This document shows, one piece after another, positions 26,712-35,323 of a DNA stretch of 38,244 nt. The stretch is from Gammaproteobacteria bacterium. GTDB taxonomy: Bacteria > Pseudomonadota > Gammaproteobacteria > Pseudomonadales > CAMLJR01. The stretch is from positions 1 to 38,244 of the forward strand of contig JBJHBY010000004.1 of the NCBI GenBank assembly GCA_050485745.1. Direction: 5' to 3'. The position numbers and the translations under genes are program-made. The notes beneath the pieces were generated by a model. It was given only the letters and a program-made list of their open reading frames with translations. It ran no database searches and was not told the DNA's origin. Each line of letters opens with the position of its first letter. The stretch's first letter is position 1.

Positions 26712-27774
26712 GTTCGCGTTGAACTTCATGCAGCTGTTCGTCCTCTCCGCCCCCTGGCTGCTGGTCGGTCTGCTGGTGGCCGCGGTGATGAAGGCCTGGA
26801 TTCCCATGGACTGGCTGCAGCGACAGCTGGGTGGTACCGGTGTCGGGCCGGTGATCAAGGGCGCCCTGCTGGGGGCGCCACTGCCCCTGTGCAGCTGTGG
26901 TGTCATCCCTGCGGCCATGCAACTGCGCCGTGGCGGTGCCTCCCGCGGCGCCACGGTGGCCTTTCTCAGCGCCACACCCGAGACCGGTGTGGACTCGATT
27001 TCCGTCTCATACGTTCTGCTGGGCCCACTGATGGCGGTGGTGCGGCCACTGGCAGCAGTGCTCAGTGCCATCAGCGCAGGCCTGCTGGTGGGACGGGCGA
27101 CGACGGACGACGTTGCAGTAGCACCCGCCAGGGCCTGTTGCTCCGGTACGCACTCCACAACGACCCGTACTGTGGTCGGCGTTACCAGGCCCGGCCTGCT
27201 GCTCCAGGCGCGGGAGGCGCTGACCTACAGTACGGGCCGTCTGCTCGGTGATTTCTATTTGTGGCTGCTGATCGGGCTGTTCTTCGCCGCCCTGGTGCAG
27301 ACCCTGGTGCCGGTGGACTACCTGGCGCAGTACGGCGGCAGCCTGTGGACCATGCTGCTGATGGTACTGATCTCGGTGCCGATGTATGTCTGCGCCACCG
27401 CGTCGACACCCATTGCCGCGGCCTTGATGATGGTGGGGATATCCCCGGGTGCCGCCCTGGTGTTCATGCAGGCGGGCCCGGCCACCAACATCGCCACCAT
27501 CGCCGTGGTCCTGCGCGAGTTGGGTGGCCGCGCCCTGGCCGCCTACCTGTTCGGGGTGATCGTGATGTCGGTGTTCTTCGGTTGGCTGCTGGACCGGGGG
27601 CTGGCGTATTTCGATATCTCCGTCACCAGCGCCATGACCCATGCGCACTCGGTACTGCCGAGCTGGCTGGAGCAGGCCGCGGCCCTGTTGCTGGCGGTGC
27701 TCATCCTGCGTGTTGCCCTGCGCCAGTGGTGGCAGCGCGGGGAGCGCCGGTCATCGCCGGCGCGGGGCGTGTAG
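26704..27774 (+). CDS. SO_0444-like (DUF318/ArsP-type) metal efflux permease
   Basis: PLPLCSCGVIP, ATPETGVDS, PMYVCATASTP, AGPATN; central CC and C-terminal HAH; 8-nt overlap with zntR. Confidence 0.85.
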   Translation: MAEFALNFMQLFVLSAPWLLVGLLVAAVMKAWIPMDWLQRQLGGTGVGPVIKGALLGAPLPLCSCGVIPAAMQLRRGGASRGATVAFLSATPETGVDSISVSYVLLGPLMAVVRPLAAVLSAISAGLLVGRATTDDVAVAPARACCSGTHSTTTRTVVGVTRPGLLLQAREALTYSTGRLLGDFYLWLLIGLFFAALVQTLVPVDYLAQYGGSLWTMLLMVLISVPMYVCATASTPIAAALMMVGISPGAALVFMQAGPATNIATIAVVLRELGGRALAAYLFGVIVMSVFFGWLLDRGLAYFDISVTSAMTHAHSVLPSWLEQAAALLLAVLILRVALRQWWQRGERRSSPARGV

Positions 27775-27811
27775 CCGGATCCGCGGGTTGGCGGGGCAGG
27801 CCCCCTCCGGT

Positions 27812-30079
27812 TTATCCCGGCGAAACAGCCGAGACTGTCACCGGAATACCGTTCAGCACGCACGTGCCCGACAGCGGGTCCAGCGCCAGTTCGTCGGTGA
27901 GGGCGTTGGCGTTGGCGCCGGGCTGGCGGCTGCTGGCGGTACCGAGGCGGGTGCCGGTGCCCGAGTGGCCAAAGCCATGGGGCAGGCTGGCCACGCCGGG
28001 CATGATGTCTTCAGTGAGCTCCACGGGTACCCGCACTGTGCCCACCCGGGAGCTGAGGCTGACGATGTCCCCGGCGTTGATGCCATGCGCTGCCGCATCC
28101 ACCGGATGCATCAACAGCACACAGCGTGGCCGCCCCTTGGCCAGTTGCGGCAGGTTGTGCAGCCAGGAGTTCATGTTGCGCGGCTGGCGCCGGCCAATCA
28201 GTCGCAGGGGCTGGCTGGCACCGTCGTGTGCAAGTTCTGCCTCCAGCCGGGGCAGGTCCGCCATCAGGTAGGGGTGGGCGAGCTGGATGCAGCCGTCTTC
28301 GGTGCGCAGGATCTCCAGCAGCCGTGGCTGCAGCGGCCCCAGGTCCACCGGGCCGTTGGCGGCGCGCAGGCGCGCCAGGGACAGGCCCTCGCGCCCTGCG
28401 TCAAAGCCGTCGCCGTAGGGGCCACCGCGCAGCATTAGGTCCACCAGGCGCAGGGGCCCCGGTTCCGGTCCCAGTTGTGCCAGCACTGTTTCCACATCCT
28501 GGCCATGGGCCGGTGAGCCGGGGCGGGCCAGGGTGCGTTGCGCCTGCTGGCGCAGCAGTGCCGCGTCCAGGGTTGCGGCATCGCCGCCGTTCAGTCTCGC
28601 CGCCAGCTCCAGCAGGATGCGCCACTGGGGCATGCCGGCGGGATCCGGAGCCAGCACGGCGGGGGACCAGCGTGCGAAGTTGTGCACCGTGGTGCCCGCG
28701 GCCAGGGCGTCCACGGTCTCGCACTCCAGCAGGCTCAGGGGCGGCAGGATCAGGTCCGCGTGGCGGGTGGTCTCGTTCAGGTAGATGTCGATGCACAACA
28801 TGAAATCGAGTTGGCCCAGGGCGTGGTCCAGGCGCTCGCCATTGGGGCAGGACAGCACCGGGTTGCCGGCCAGGGTGATCAGGGCGCGCACGCGGCGCTC
28901 TCCGGCGGCGTCGATTTCCTCGGCCAGGGCGGCGGCGGGCAGCTGGCCGTCGATTTCCGGCAGACCACGCACCGCCGAATGCCAGCGTCCCGTCTCCATC
29001 CCGGGCAATGGCTTGCCGCCTTCCAGTTCACCGCCATGGGGGCGGGGAAACATCATCCCGCCCTCGCTATCCAGGTGCCCGGTGAGGATGCCCAGCACGT
29101 CCACCAGGGCGCTGGCCAGGGTGCCGAAGGGGGTGGTACAGGTGCCGATGCGGCCATAGCAGCAGGCGCGCCCGGCGTCGGCGAATTCCCGTGCCAGGCG
29201 TCGTGTCGTGGCCGCGTCGACACCGGTGGCGCTGGCCACGGCCTCGGGTGTGAACGGCGCCAGCGCGGCCGCCAGGGTGTCGAAACCCGCCACCCGTCCG
29301 GCCAGGTGGCCCCAGCGCACCAGGCCTTCATCGATCACCACCTGCGCCATCGCCGCGAGCAGCAGTGCATCCGTGCCCGGGCGGATGAAATGGTGCTCGT
29401 CGGCCACCGCCGCCGTTTCCGAGCGGCGCGGGTCGAAGACCACGATGCGGCCGCCGCGTTGCTGAATGGCCCGCAGGCGGCGCTTGATGTCGGGCGCGGA
29501 CATCAGGCTGCCCTGGGACACCAGCGGGTTGCCCCCCAGGCACAGGAAGTAGTCGCAGCGATCGATGTCGGGCACCGGTAACAGGGTATTGCGTCCGTAC
29601 AGCGCTCGCGAGCTGACCATCTTGGGAAAGTGGTCCAGCGTCGCGGCGGTGAACACGTGGGTGGTCATCAGCGCGCGCATGAAGTGGGTGGAGTAGAGCA
29701 TGGCACCCACGTCGAAGCCGGTGGGGTTGCCGATGTATACCCCCAGCGCTTCGTGCCCGTGTTGTTCGCGCACCGCCAGCAGGTGCGATACCGCGGTGTC
29801 CAGCGCCGTGTCCCAGTCGATTTCCTCCCAACTGCCGTCGGCGCATTTGCGCAGCGGTCGCCGCAGCCGCTCCGGATCGTGGTAGACCCCCAGCATCGCC
29901 TGGGACTTGGCGCAGACAAAACCCTGGCTGCGGCTGTCTTCGTCGTCGCCCTCCACCCGCAGGATCTGCTTCGCGGCCGGGTCCACCTGGATGCGCAGGC
30001 CGCAACTGGCCTCGCAGATGGAGCAGCTGCGTTTGATCCAGGTGGGGGAGGGAAGGGTATCGGGGGCTGGGGTCATCAT
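27812..30079 (-). CDS. molybdopterin-dependent oxidoreductase (DMSO-reductase superfamily), cytoplasmic
   Basis: CSICEASCG...VCAK [4Fe-4S] motif, DPERLRRPL, GGNPLVS, DPRRSETA, IRPGTD, ETTRHADLILP, MHPVDA, HGFG; no twin-arginine signal; start 30076 or 30079. Confidence 0.9.
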   Translation of the reverse strand: MMTPAPDTLPSPTWIKRSCSICEASCGLRIQVDPAAKQILRVEGDDEDSRSQGFVCAKSQAMLGVYHDPERLRRPLRKCADGSWEEIDWDTALDTAVSHLLAVREQHGHEALGVYIGNPTGFDVGAMLYSTHFMRALMTTHVFTAATLDHFPKMVSSRALYGRNTLLPVPDIDRCDYFLCLGGNPLVSQGSLMSAPDIKRRLRAIQQRGGRIVVFDPRRSETAAVADEHHFIRPGTDALLLAAMAQVVIDEGLVRWGHLAGRVAGFDTLAAALAPFTPEAVASATGVDAATTRRLAREFADAGRACCYGRIGTCTTPFGTLASALVDVLGILTGHLDSEGGMMFPRPHGGELEGGKPLPGMETGRWHSAVRGLPEIDGQLPAAALAEEIDAAGERRVRALITLAGNPVLSCPNGERLDHALGQLDFMLCIDIYLNETTRHADLILPPLSLLECETVDALAAGTTVHNFARWSPAVLAPDPAGMPQWRILLELAARLNGGDAATLDAALLRQQAQRTLARPGSPAHGQDVETVLAQLGPEPGPLRLVDLMLRGGPYGDGFDAGREGLSLARLRAANGPVDLGPLQPRLLEILRTEDGCIQLAHPYLMADLPRLEAELAHDGASQPLRLIGRRQPRNMNSWLHNLPQLAKGRPRCVLLMHPVDAAAHGINAGDIVSLSSRVGTVRVPVELTEDIMPGVASLPHGFGHSGTGTRLGTASSRQPGANANALTDELALDPLSGTCVLNGIPVTVSAVSPG

Positions 30080-30290
30080 CGGGCTCGTTATGGTTATGGC
30101 TATGGTGTGGTATCCGGCCTGTTGCCGGGCATTATTCATACGCTGTTTGGATTGGGGGCTCAAGTGAAATGCCGGGCGCCGGGATAATGGCCTGTACCCG
30201 GGGCATGGCGATAAGCAGTTTTTTGGGACATTCGTCCTGCTATGCTGTTTGCGACGGAATACCCCCGTTGCTTCTTCGAGGGAGTGGAGC

Positions 30291-31661
30291 GTGTCCAGAC
30301 TACTGACCGAGCAGGATGTGTTTCCCTGGGCCGAACGCGTGCTGGGTGGGCGCATCACCGCGTCGCAACGCCAGGGCGGGCGAGAATCCGGCGGACGCCC
30401 TGGCTGGTTCGTGCGGGTGCAGTGCACGGACGGCGAAAAACCCTATTACATCCGTGGCGATCGCGGTGGCGATTTCGGCTATATCCAGGAGTACGGCCTG
30501 CAGCGTGAAGTGGGCGTGCTGCGGCTCCTGCACGAAGAAGGCATTCCCGTGCCCGAGGTCATTGCCACCTCGGCATCGCCCAATGCCGCCATTCTCGAAT
30601 TCATCCCCGGAATCGGTGATTTTACCCTGATCGAAAGCGTGGAAGAGCGCGATCAGGTGGCTCGGGATTTCGCCCGGGTCATGGCACGCTGGCATGCGAT
30701 CCCGGCTGAGAAGTTCGCAGAGATCGGCATCCCCGTCCCCGCGGACCGGCAGGAACTGGTGGTGCGGGATCTGGAAGTCTGGGAGCGGGGGCACTTTCCC
30801 CTGATCACGGAACCCGTACCGCTGGTGACCTTTGCCTGTCGCTGGCTGCGCCGGAATATCCCGCAGATGCCCGAGCGCCTGGTGCTGGTACAGGGTGACA
30901 CGGGCCCCGGTCAGTTCCTGTTTGCCGACGGCAGGGTGCAGTCCGTGGTGGACTGGGAGCTTGCCGCCCTGGGTGACCCGATGCGCGAGCTGGCGCACAT
31001 CCGCACCCGGGACGTCTGGTACCCCACGGGCAATCTGCCGTCATGGTTCCAGTACTACAGCGAATTCAGTGGGGTGCCATTGGATGAGGCGCGGATCCAC
31101 TACTATAGCGTGATCGCGATGCTGACCACGGCCCTGGCTCTGGCGCCAGTGGTACAGAAGCTCAACCCGCGGGACGAGCATGCGGAGTGGATTGCCCAGG
31201 ATATCTGGTCGAAGCGTGCCACCATGGAGGCTCTGGCCGAGGCGGTGGGTGTGCCGCTGGCATCCATCGAGCTGCCGGTGGCGGATACGGCGGAGGTGTC
31301 GCGATTGTTTGATGCGCTGCAGGACAATCTGGCTGGTGAGCAGCTGCCAGCTATCGAGGATGGTTTTTTGCAGCACCGCATGCGCATGACCCTGCGGCTG
31401 GTATCGCATCTGCGCAATATCGCGGAAATCGGGCCCGCCATCGAGGATCTGGAGCTCGACGACATGCGTTCGGTGCTGGGGCATCGGCCAGCCAGTGTGC
31501 GTGAGGGGCAGCATGCCATGGATGCACTGGTGCGCCGGGCGGATGCGGACATGGATACGGCATTGATCCAGTATTTTCACCGTCACGCCCAGCGCCAGGA
31601 AGCGCTGATGCAGGGCGGCATGGGGCGTGCCGCTAACGCGCTGGCTTCAGCGATTCGTTGA
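30291..31661 (+). CDS. aminoglycoside-phosphotransferase (APH/ChoK)-like kinase family protein
   Basis: RE..VLRLL..GIPVPEV, LVQGDTGPGQFL catalytic loop, VDWELAALGDPM; GTG after GGAG. Confidence 0.8.
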   Translation: MSRLLTEQDVFPWAERVLGGRITASQRQGGRESGGRPGWFVRVQCTDGEKPYYIRGDRGGDFGYIQEYGLQREVGVLRLLHEEGIPVPEVIATSASPNAAILEFIPGIGDFTLIESVEERDQVARDFARVMARWHAIPAEKFAEIGIPVPADRQELVVRDLEVWERGHFPLITEPVPLVTFACRWLRRNIPQMPERLVLVQGDTGPGQFLFADGRVQSVVDWELAALGDPMRELAHIRTRDVWYPTGNLPSWFQYYSEFSGVPLDEARIHYYSVIAMLTTALALAPVVQKLNPRDEHAEWIAQDIWSKRATMEALAEAVGVPLASIELPVADTAEVSRLFDALQDNLAGEQLPAIEDGFLQHRMRMTLRLVSHLRNIAEIGPAIEDLELDDMRSVLGHRPASVREGQHAMDALVRRADADMDTALIQYFHRHAQRQEALMQGGMGRAANALASAIR

Positions 31662-33524
31662 ATTCCGGCGCTGTTTGGGCGGGGGTGATGCGGTCGCTGC
31701 TGTTTCACGCAGCGCACCGCGCAGCGCGCTCGCGCTCAGTCGCTCCTCGAACCCCCGGGGTTGGTCCAGCGCCATGCGGCGCAGGGCTTGTACTTCGCCT
31801 TCGGCCGGGCTGCCCCGCCAGCCTTGCAGCATCAGCCCGGCGAGTGCCAGCCGGCTGTGACTGGCTGTCTTCAGTTTCGCCAGTGCCGGCAGCAGCCGTT
31901 GCTCTGTCTCAGTGAATGCGGTGCCGAAGGGGAAGCGGGGCAACAACGCGTCACCCCGGGGTGATAGCCATTGGTGCAGGGATTCGGGTGTGTTGTGGCG
32001 GGCGTATTCAGGCAGACGGTAATCGGCGGGCAGCTTGCCGGCGGTCTTCGCTTCCCGTTCCAGTTCACCCTGAAAGCGGCTGTCGGCAATCTCCAAAAGG
32101 GCGGCGACGGTGTCGGCATCGCTCTTGCCGCGCAGGTCCGCGATACCGTATTCGGTCACGACGATGTCGCGCATGTGCCGCGGTACCGTCACGTGCCCGT
32201 ACTGCCAGCGTAGGTTGGATTGCAGTCCAGTATTACTCTGGCGAGTGGATGGCAGTGTGATCACCGCACGCGCACCGTCAAGGGCAAAGGCCTGCTCAAC
32301 GAAGTTGAACTGCCCGCCGACGCCGCTGACGACGCGGCCATCCTCGGTTCCATCCGAGACGACGGCTCCCAGCAATGTAACCATCATGGCAGAGTTCACG
32401 AAACGTGCATCGCTGCGCTTCTGCGCTTCGTCACCCCCGATGCTGCCGTAGAGTGCATTGGTGAAGGAAACCGGCATCATCGCGATCTGCGCGCGTTGCT
32501 CCTCGGGAAAAGCGTGCAATCTTGCATAGAAATCGTGGCTGTCCAGAAAAAAACCGGCGTGAATGGCGGCCCCCTGTTCTTGTCGGCGGATAATGCCCTG
32601 CTCGAACAGTGCCAGCATGCCGTCGACCAGCATTTCCGTGACGCCATACAGCCCGATCTGGAATGGTCCGCTTTCCTGAAAGCCCAGGAAAAAGGGGCAG
32701 CGTTCCCACAACGCTTCGGTTTTACCCTGCTGTCGCAGGATCAGTGCATTGGCGACTGCATCACCCACCTGGCCAATACCGATCTGCAAGGTGCCGCCAT
32801 CAGGGATAAGGCGCGAAACATGCAGGCCGATGGCATGCTCACGTATCGAGACGGGCTGCTTGACTACGGAGAATAGTCCAAAGGGTTTGTGCGGTGTTTC
32901 CAGGATTGCCGCACATTCATCGCTGCTGATTTCCGCTGGCCCTGGCATGAAAGGAAGGTCGGCATGAACTTGCCCGACCAGCGTGAAATCAAGTGCGCCC
33001 GACCGACGCAGCTCCAAAAGGTCGGTGCTGATATCGGTATTGCACGACAGGCTTAGCCGATGTGCGTCGCTGGCCAGCAGTTGCAGAATCAGGTTGGGCT
33101 TCTGGGCCAGCAATACATCCAGTGCATGAGTGTAGTTGGCGGAGACGTAGTTTTGTTGCGCGGCATCGATTCCGAGCCAGTTTGGTGCCTGAAAAAAGAA
33201 TTCGCTGACACTGATATTGTCAGGCAGGCGATCTTCTCGCAGCAGGCGGGCATATTCGATAGTTGGGTACGCGCCGAACAAGCGATCGAGTGCAGGCTCC
33301 ATGAATCGTCGCTCGAGGTCTCCGGAGGGCCGTGGGCGCTCCAGTGTGAGGGCGGTAAAGATCTGCAGCTTGATCGTTGAGTCAACACAGGCACGTTGTA
33401 CCAGTGCATTAACCAGTGTTACCGGTTTTCCAAGACCCAGTGGAAGGCCTGCGCGAAGATCCCGGCCAACGTGCTCGATAATCCAGTCGACTGCCTGTTC
33501 CGGGTCAGTGAAGTGTGCCGTCAT
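31647..33524 (-). CDS. acetyl-CoA hydrolase/CoA-transferase family protein
   Basis: PLGLGKP, SANYTH, SLSCNTD, DGGTLQIGIG, SGVGGQFNF, PRHMRDIVVTEYGIADLRGKSD; start reassigned to ATG 33524. Confidence 0.85.
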   Translation of the reverse strand: MTAHFTDPEQAVDWIIEHVGRDLRAGLPLGLGKPVTLVNALVQRACVDSTIKLQIFTALTLERPRPSGDLERRFMEPALDRLFGAYPTIEYARLLREDRLPDNISVSEFFFQAPNWLGIDAAQQNYVSANYTHALDVLLAQKPNLILQLLASDAHRLSLSCNTDISTDLLELRRSGALDFTLVGQVHADLPFMPGPAEISSDECAAILETPHKPFGLFSVVKQPVSIREHAIGLHVSRLIPDGGTLQIGIGQVGDAVANALILRQQGKTEALWERCPFFLGFQESGPFQIGLYGVTEMLVDGMLALFEQGIIRRQEQGAAIHAGFFLDSHDFYARLHAFPEEQRAQIAMMPVSFTNALYGSIGGDEAQKRSDARFVNSAMMVTLLGAVVSDGTEDGRVVSGVGGQFNFVEQAFALDGARAVITLPSTRQSNTGLQSNLRWQYGHVTVPRHMRDIVVTEYGIADLRGKSDADTVAALLEIADSRFQGELEREAKTAGKLPADYRLPEYARHNTPESLHQWLSPRGDALLPRFPFGTAFTETEQRLLPALAKLKTASHSRLALAGLMLQGWRGSPAEGEVQALRRMALDQPRGFEERLSASALRGALRETAATASPPPKQRRNSTNR

Positions 33525-33734
33525 GATAGTGTCCGCTGTCCGTGCATGTTCCGTGCACTCTGCCAAGGATGTGTCCTGCGACGCAATAGTCGAGCTGGTG
33601 GCGTACCCGGTTTTGCTTTGATCCGGTACACAGACTGCAGCGAGTATTGGCTGGGGCATCTCTGATTCATTCGGCAATGCCTCAGAGATCCGCCCTTAGG
33701 GGCCTGAGCGATCGCCGAATGCATCAGAAGTGTA

Positions 33735-34943
33735 TTAGTTATTGGCGGTCTTTCGTTGCGATGGGTTCGGGCTTCTTTCTGATCGGCGGTTGCGATAGGC
33801 GCTTGGTGTCATACCGGTGCGCTTCTTGAACTGGCTGTAGAACGTGGACTGATTACTGAAGCCCGAGGACAGGGCGATGTCGAACAGTTTGCGGTCCCGG
33901 CTGCCCTCGTCGCTCAGCAGCCTGCGGGCCTCCTCCACCCGACAGGTATTGATCAACTCGTAGAAGCTGCTGCCACTGGCCATGTTGATCGTCTGGCTCA
34001 GCTCCTGGGGTTTGACTTCCAGAGCCTGGGCCAGGGTGGGCAAATCCAGCTCCGGGTTGAGATGGGGGCGCTCCCGCTCCAGCAGCTGCCCGAGCTGCTG
34101 CCAGATTTCGTCGATGCGCTCACGGCCGACACCGGATTTGTGGTACTTCGTGGTGTCGTCTGCGGCTTTGGTCAGGGTTTCGCCCGCAACTATGGCGAGC
34201 TCCTGCGTGGCCGCCAGTGCGGCACGGATCGAGGCAGTAAAGACCCGTGGCTGTCGCAGTCCGCCGAGGGCGATCAGATACACCACGATCAGCGTCGAAC
34301 CAGCGTTGATCCAGACGCGAAGCCCGGCGTCGATTTGCTGCAGCAGGCGCAACAGGTCGAGGCTCAGCCCGAGCAGGTTCACCAGCACCATCAGCACAAT
34401 GGTCCAGTGCAACCACCACAGATCGACATGTTCCGTCGTTGACAGAGTGCGCTCCAGGCGTTGCCGGTGGCGGCGCAGGGCCCGCAGTGCGAGCAGGCCG
34501 AAGACAACGAACGCCAGGCTGACGTAGACCGTCAGCGCGATGGTGCTGGGCATGCGTTGCAGATCGACAACTGCGTACTGCAGCCAGCCGTCTCGGCTCA
34601 CCAGCCAGGCCCACCAGGCAATGGTCGGGAGCAGTGTCAGCAGCAACAGCAATTGTCGCGGCCGTAGCCGGAAAGCGGGGTCGGTCATTGCCCGCACATA
34701 AAGGTAGAGAGCCGGGGCCCCCATCAGACGAAATCCGAACGTCAGGCGGATCCACGCCGCCGGTGCCTCGCCGGGCGTGCTGTAGATGATGAACAGCCAG
34801 AACAGATGCAGAGCTTCGAAGCCGATGAACAGTGCCAGCAGTCGGTTGGCCAGGGCATTCTCGGAACGCAGCATCACGAGGAGGGCGCTCAACAGCAGGC
34901 CCTGCGATGCCCCGATCAACAGCACGTCATTGACTGCCAGCAT
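33735..34943 (-). CDS. membrane-anchored AraC-family transcriptional regulator
   Basis: about 6-7 N-terminal TM helices (GAPALYLYVR), C-terminal LSQTIN..SFYELIN..RVEEA..DIALSSGFSNQSTFYSQFKKRTGMTPSAYR. Confidence 0.88.
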   Translation of the reverse strand: MLAVNDVLLIGASQGLLLSALLVMLRSENALANRLLALFIGFEALHLFWLFIIYSTPGEAPAAWIRLTFGFRLMGAPALYLYVRAMTDPAFRLRPRQLLLLLTLLPTIAWWAWLVSRDGWLQYAVVDLQRMPSTIALTVYVSLAFVVFGLLALRALRRHRQRLERTLSTTEHVDLWWLHWTIVLMVLVNLLGLSLDLLRLLQQIDAGLRVWINAGSTLIVVYLIALGGLRQPRVFTASIRAALAATQELAIVAGETLTKAADDTTKYHKSGVGRERIDEIWQQLGQLLERERPHLNPELDLPTLAQALEVKPQELSQTINMASGSSFYELINTCRVEEARRLLSDEGSRDRKLFDIALSSGFSNQSTFYSQFKKRTGMTPSAYRNRRSERSPNPSQRKTANN

Positions 34944-35323
34944 GTCTGCCCGAAAAAAAGAGACTCTCCCGTTATGCGCGGGTGTCCGTCGTTATTTTGA
35001 CCGTGCTGCGGCACGGCTGCCGTCGGGTCGTCGTGCCCGGCGCTCGATCTGTGAAACCGGAGAATACGCATTCCCCCGCAATGCGTAAAGCACCCCCATA
35101 TGCCCGTGGTTATGGGCATTCTCCCTGGTTTTTTATCTCTCCCGATCGGAGTGGAGTCGCCTGCATGGTCTTCTGCATTGAGTTTGCGGGCGCTTCACGC
35201 ATGATTGACGGCATCGCGCAGGACCGGCGAGCGGTACTCACCGTGGACGCATTCCGCGTGTTCCGGTTCAAGAATGCAAACGAGCTATCGTCAAAAAAAC
35301 AGCATCTACCAGGGGGAGTGTGT

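Noticed and set aside
30080-30427. N-terminal extensions of the Mo-oxidoreductase and kinase ORFs, and a TATGG x3 microrepeat near 30089-30105
   Set aside because: The extensions overlap each other and lack domain content; the microrepeat is too short to interpret
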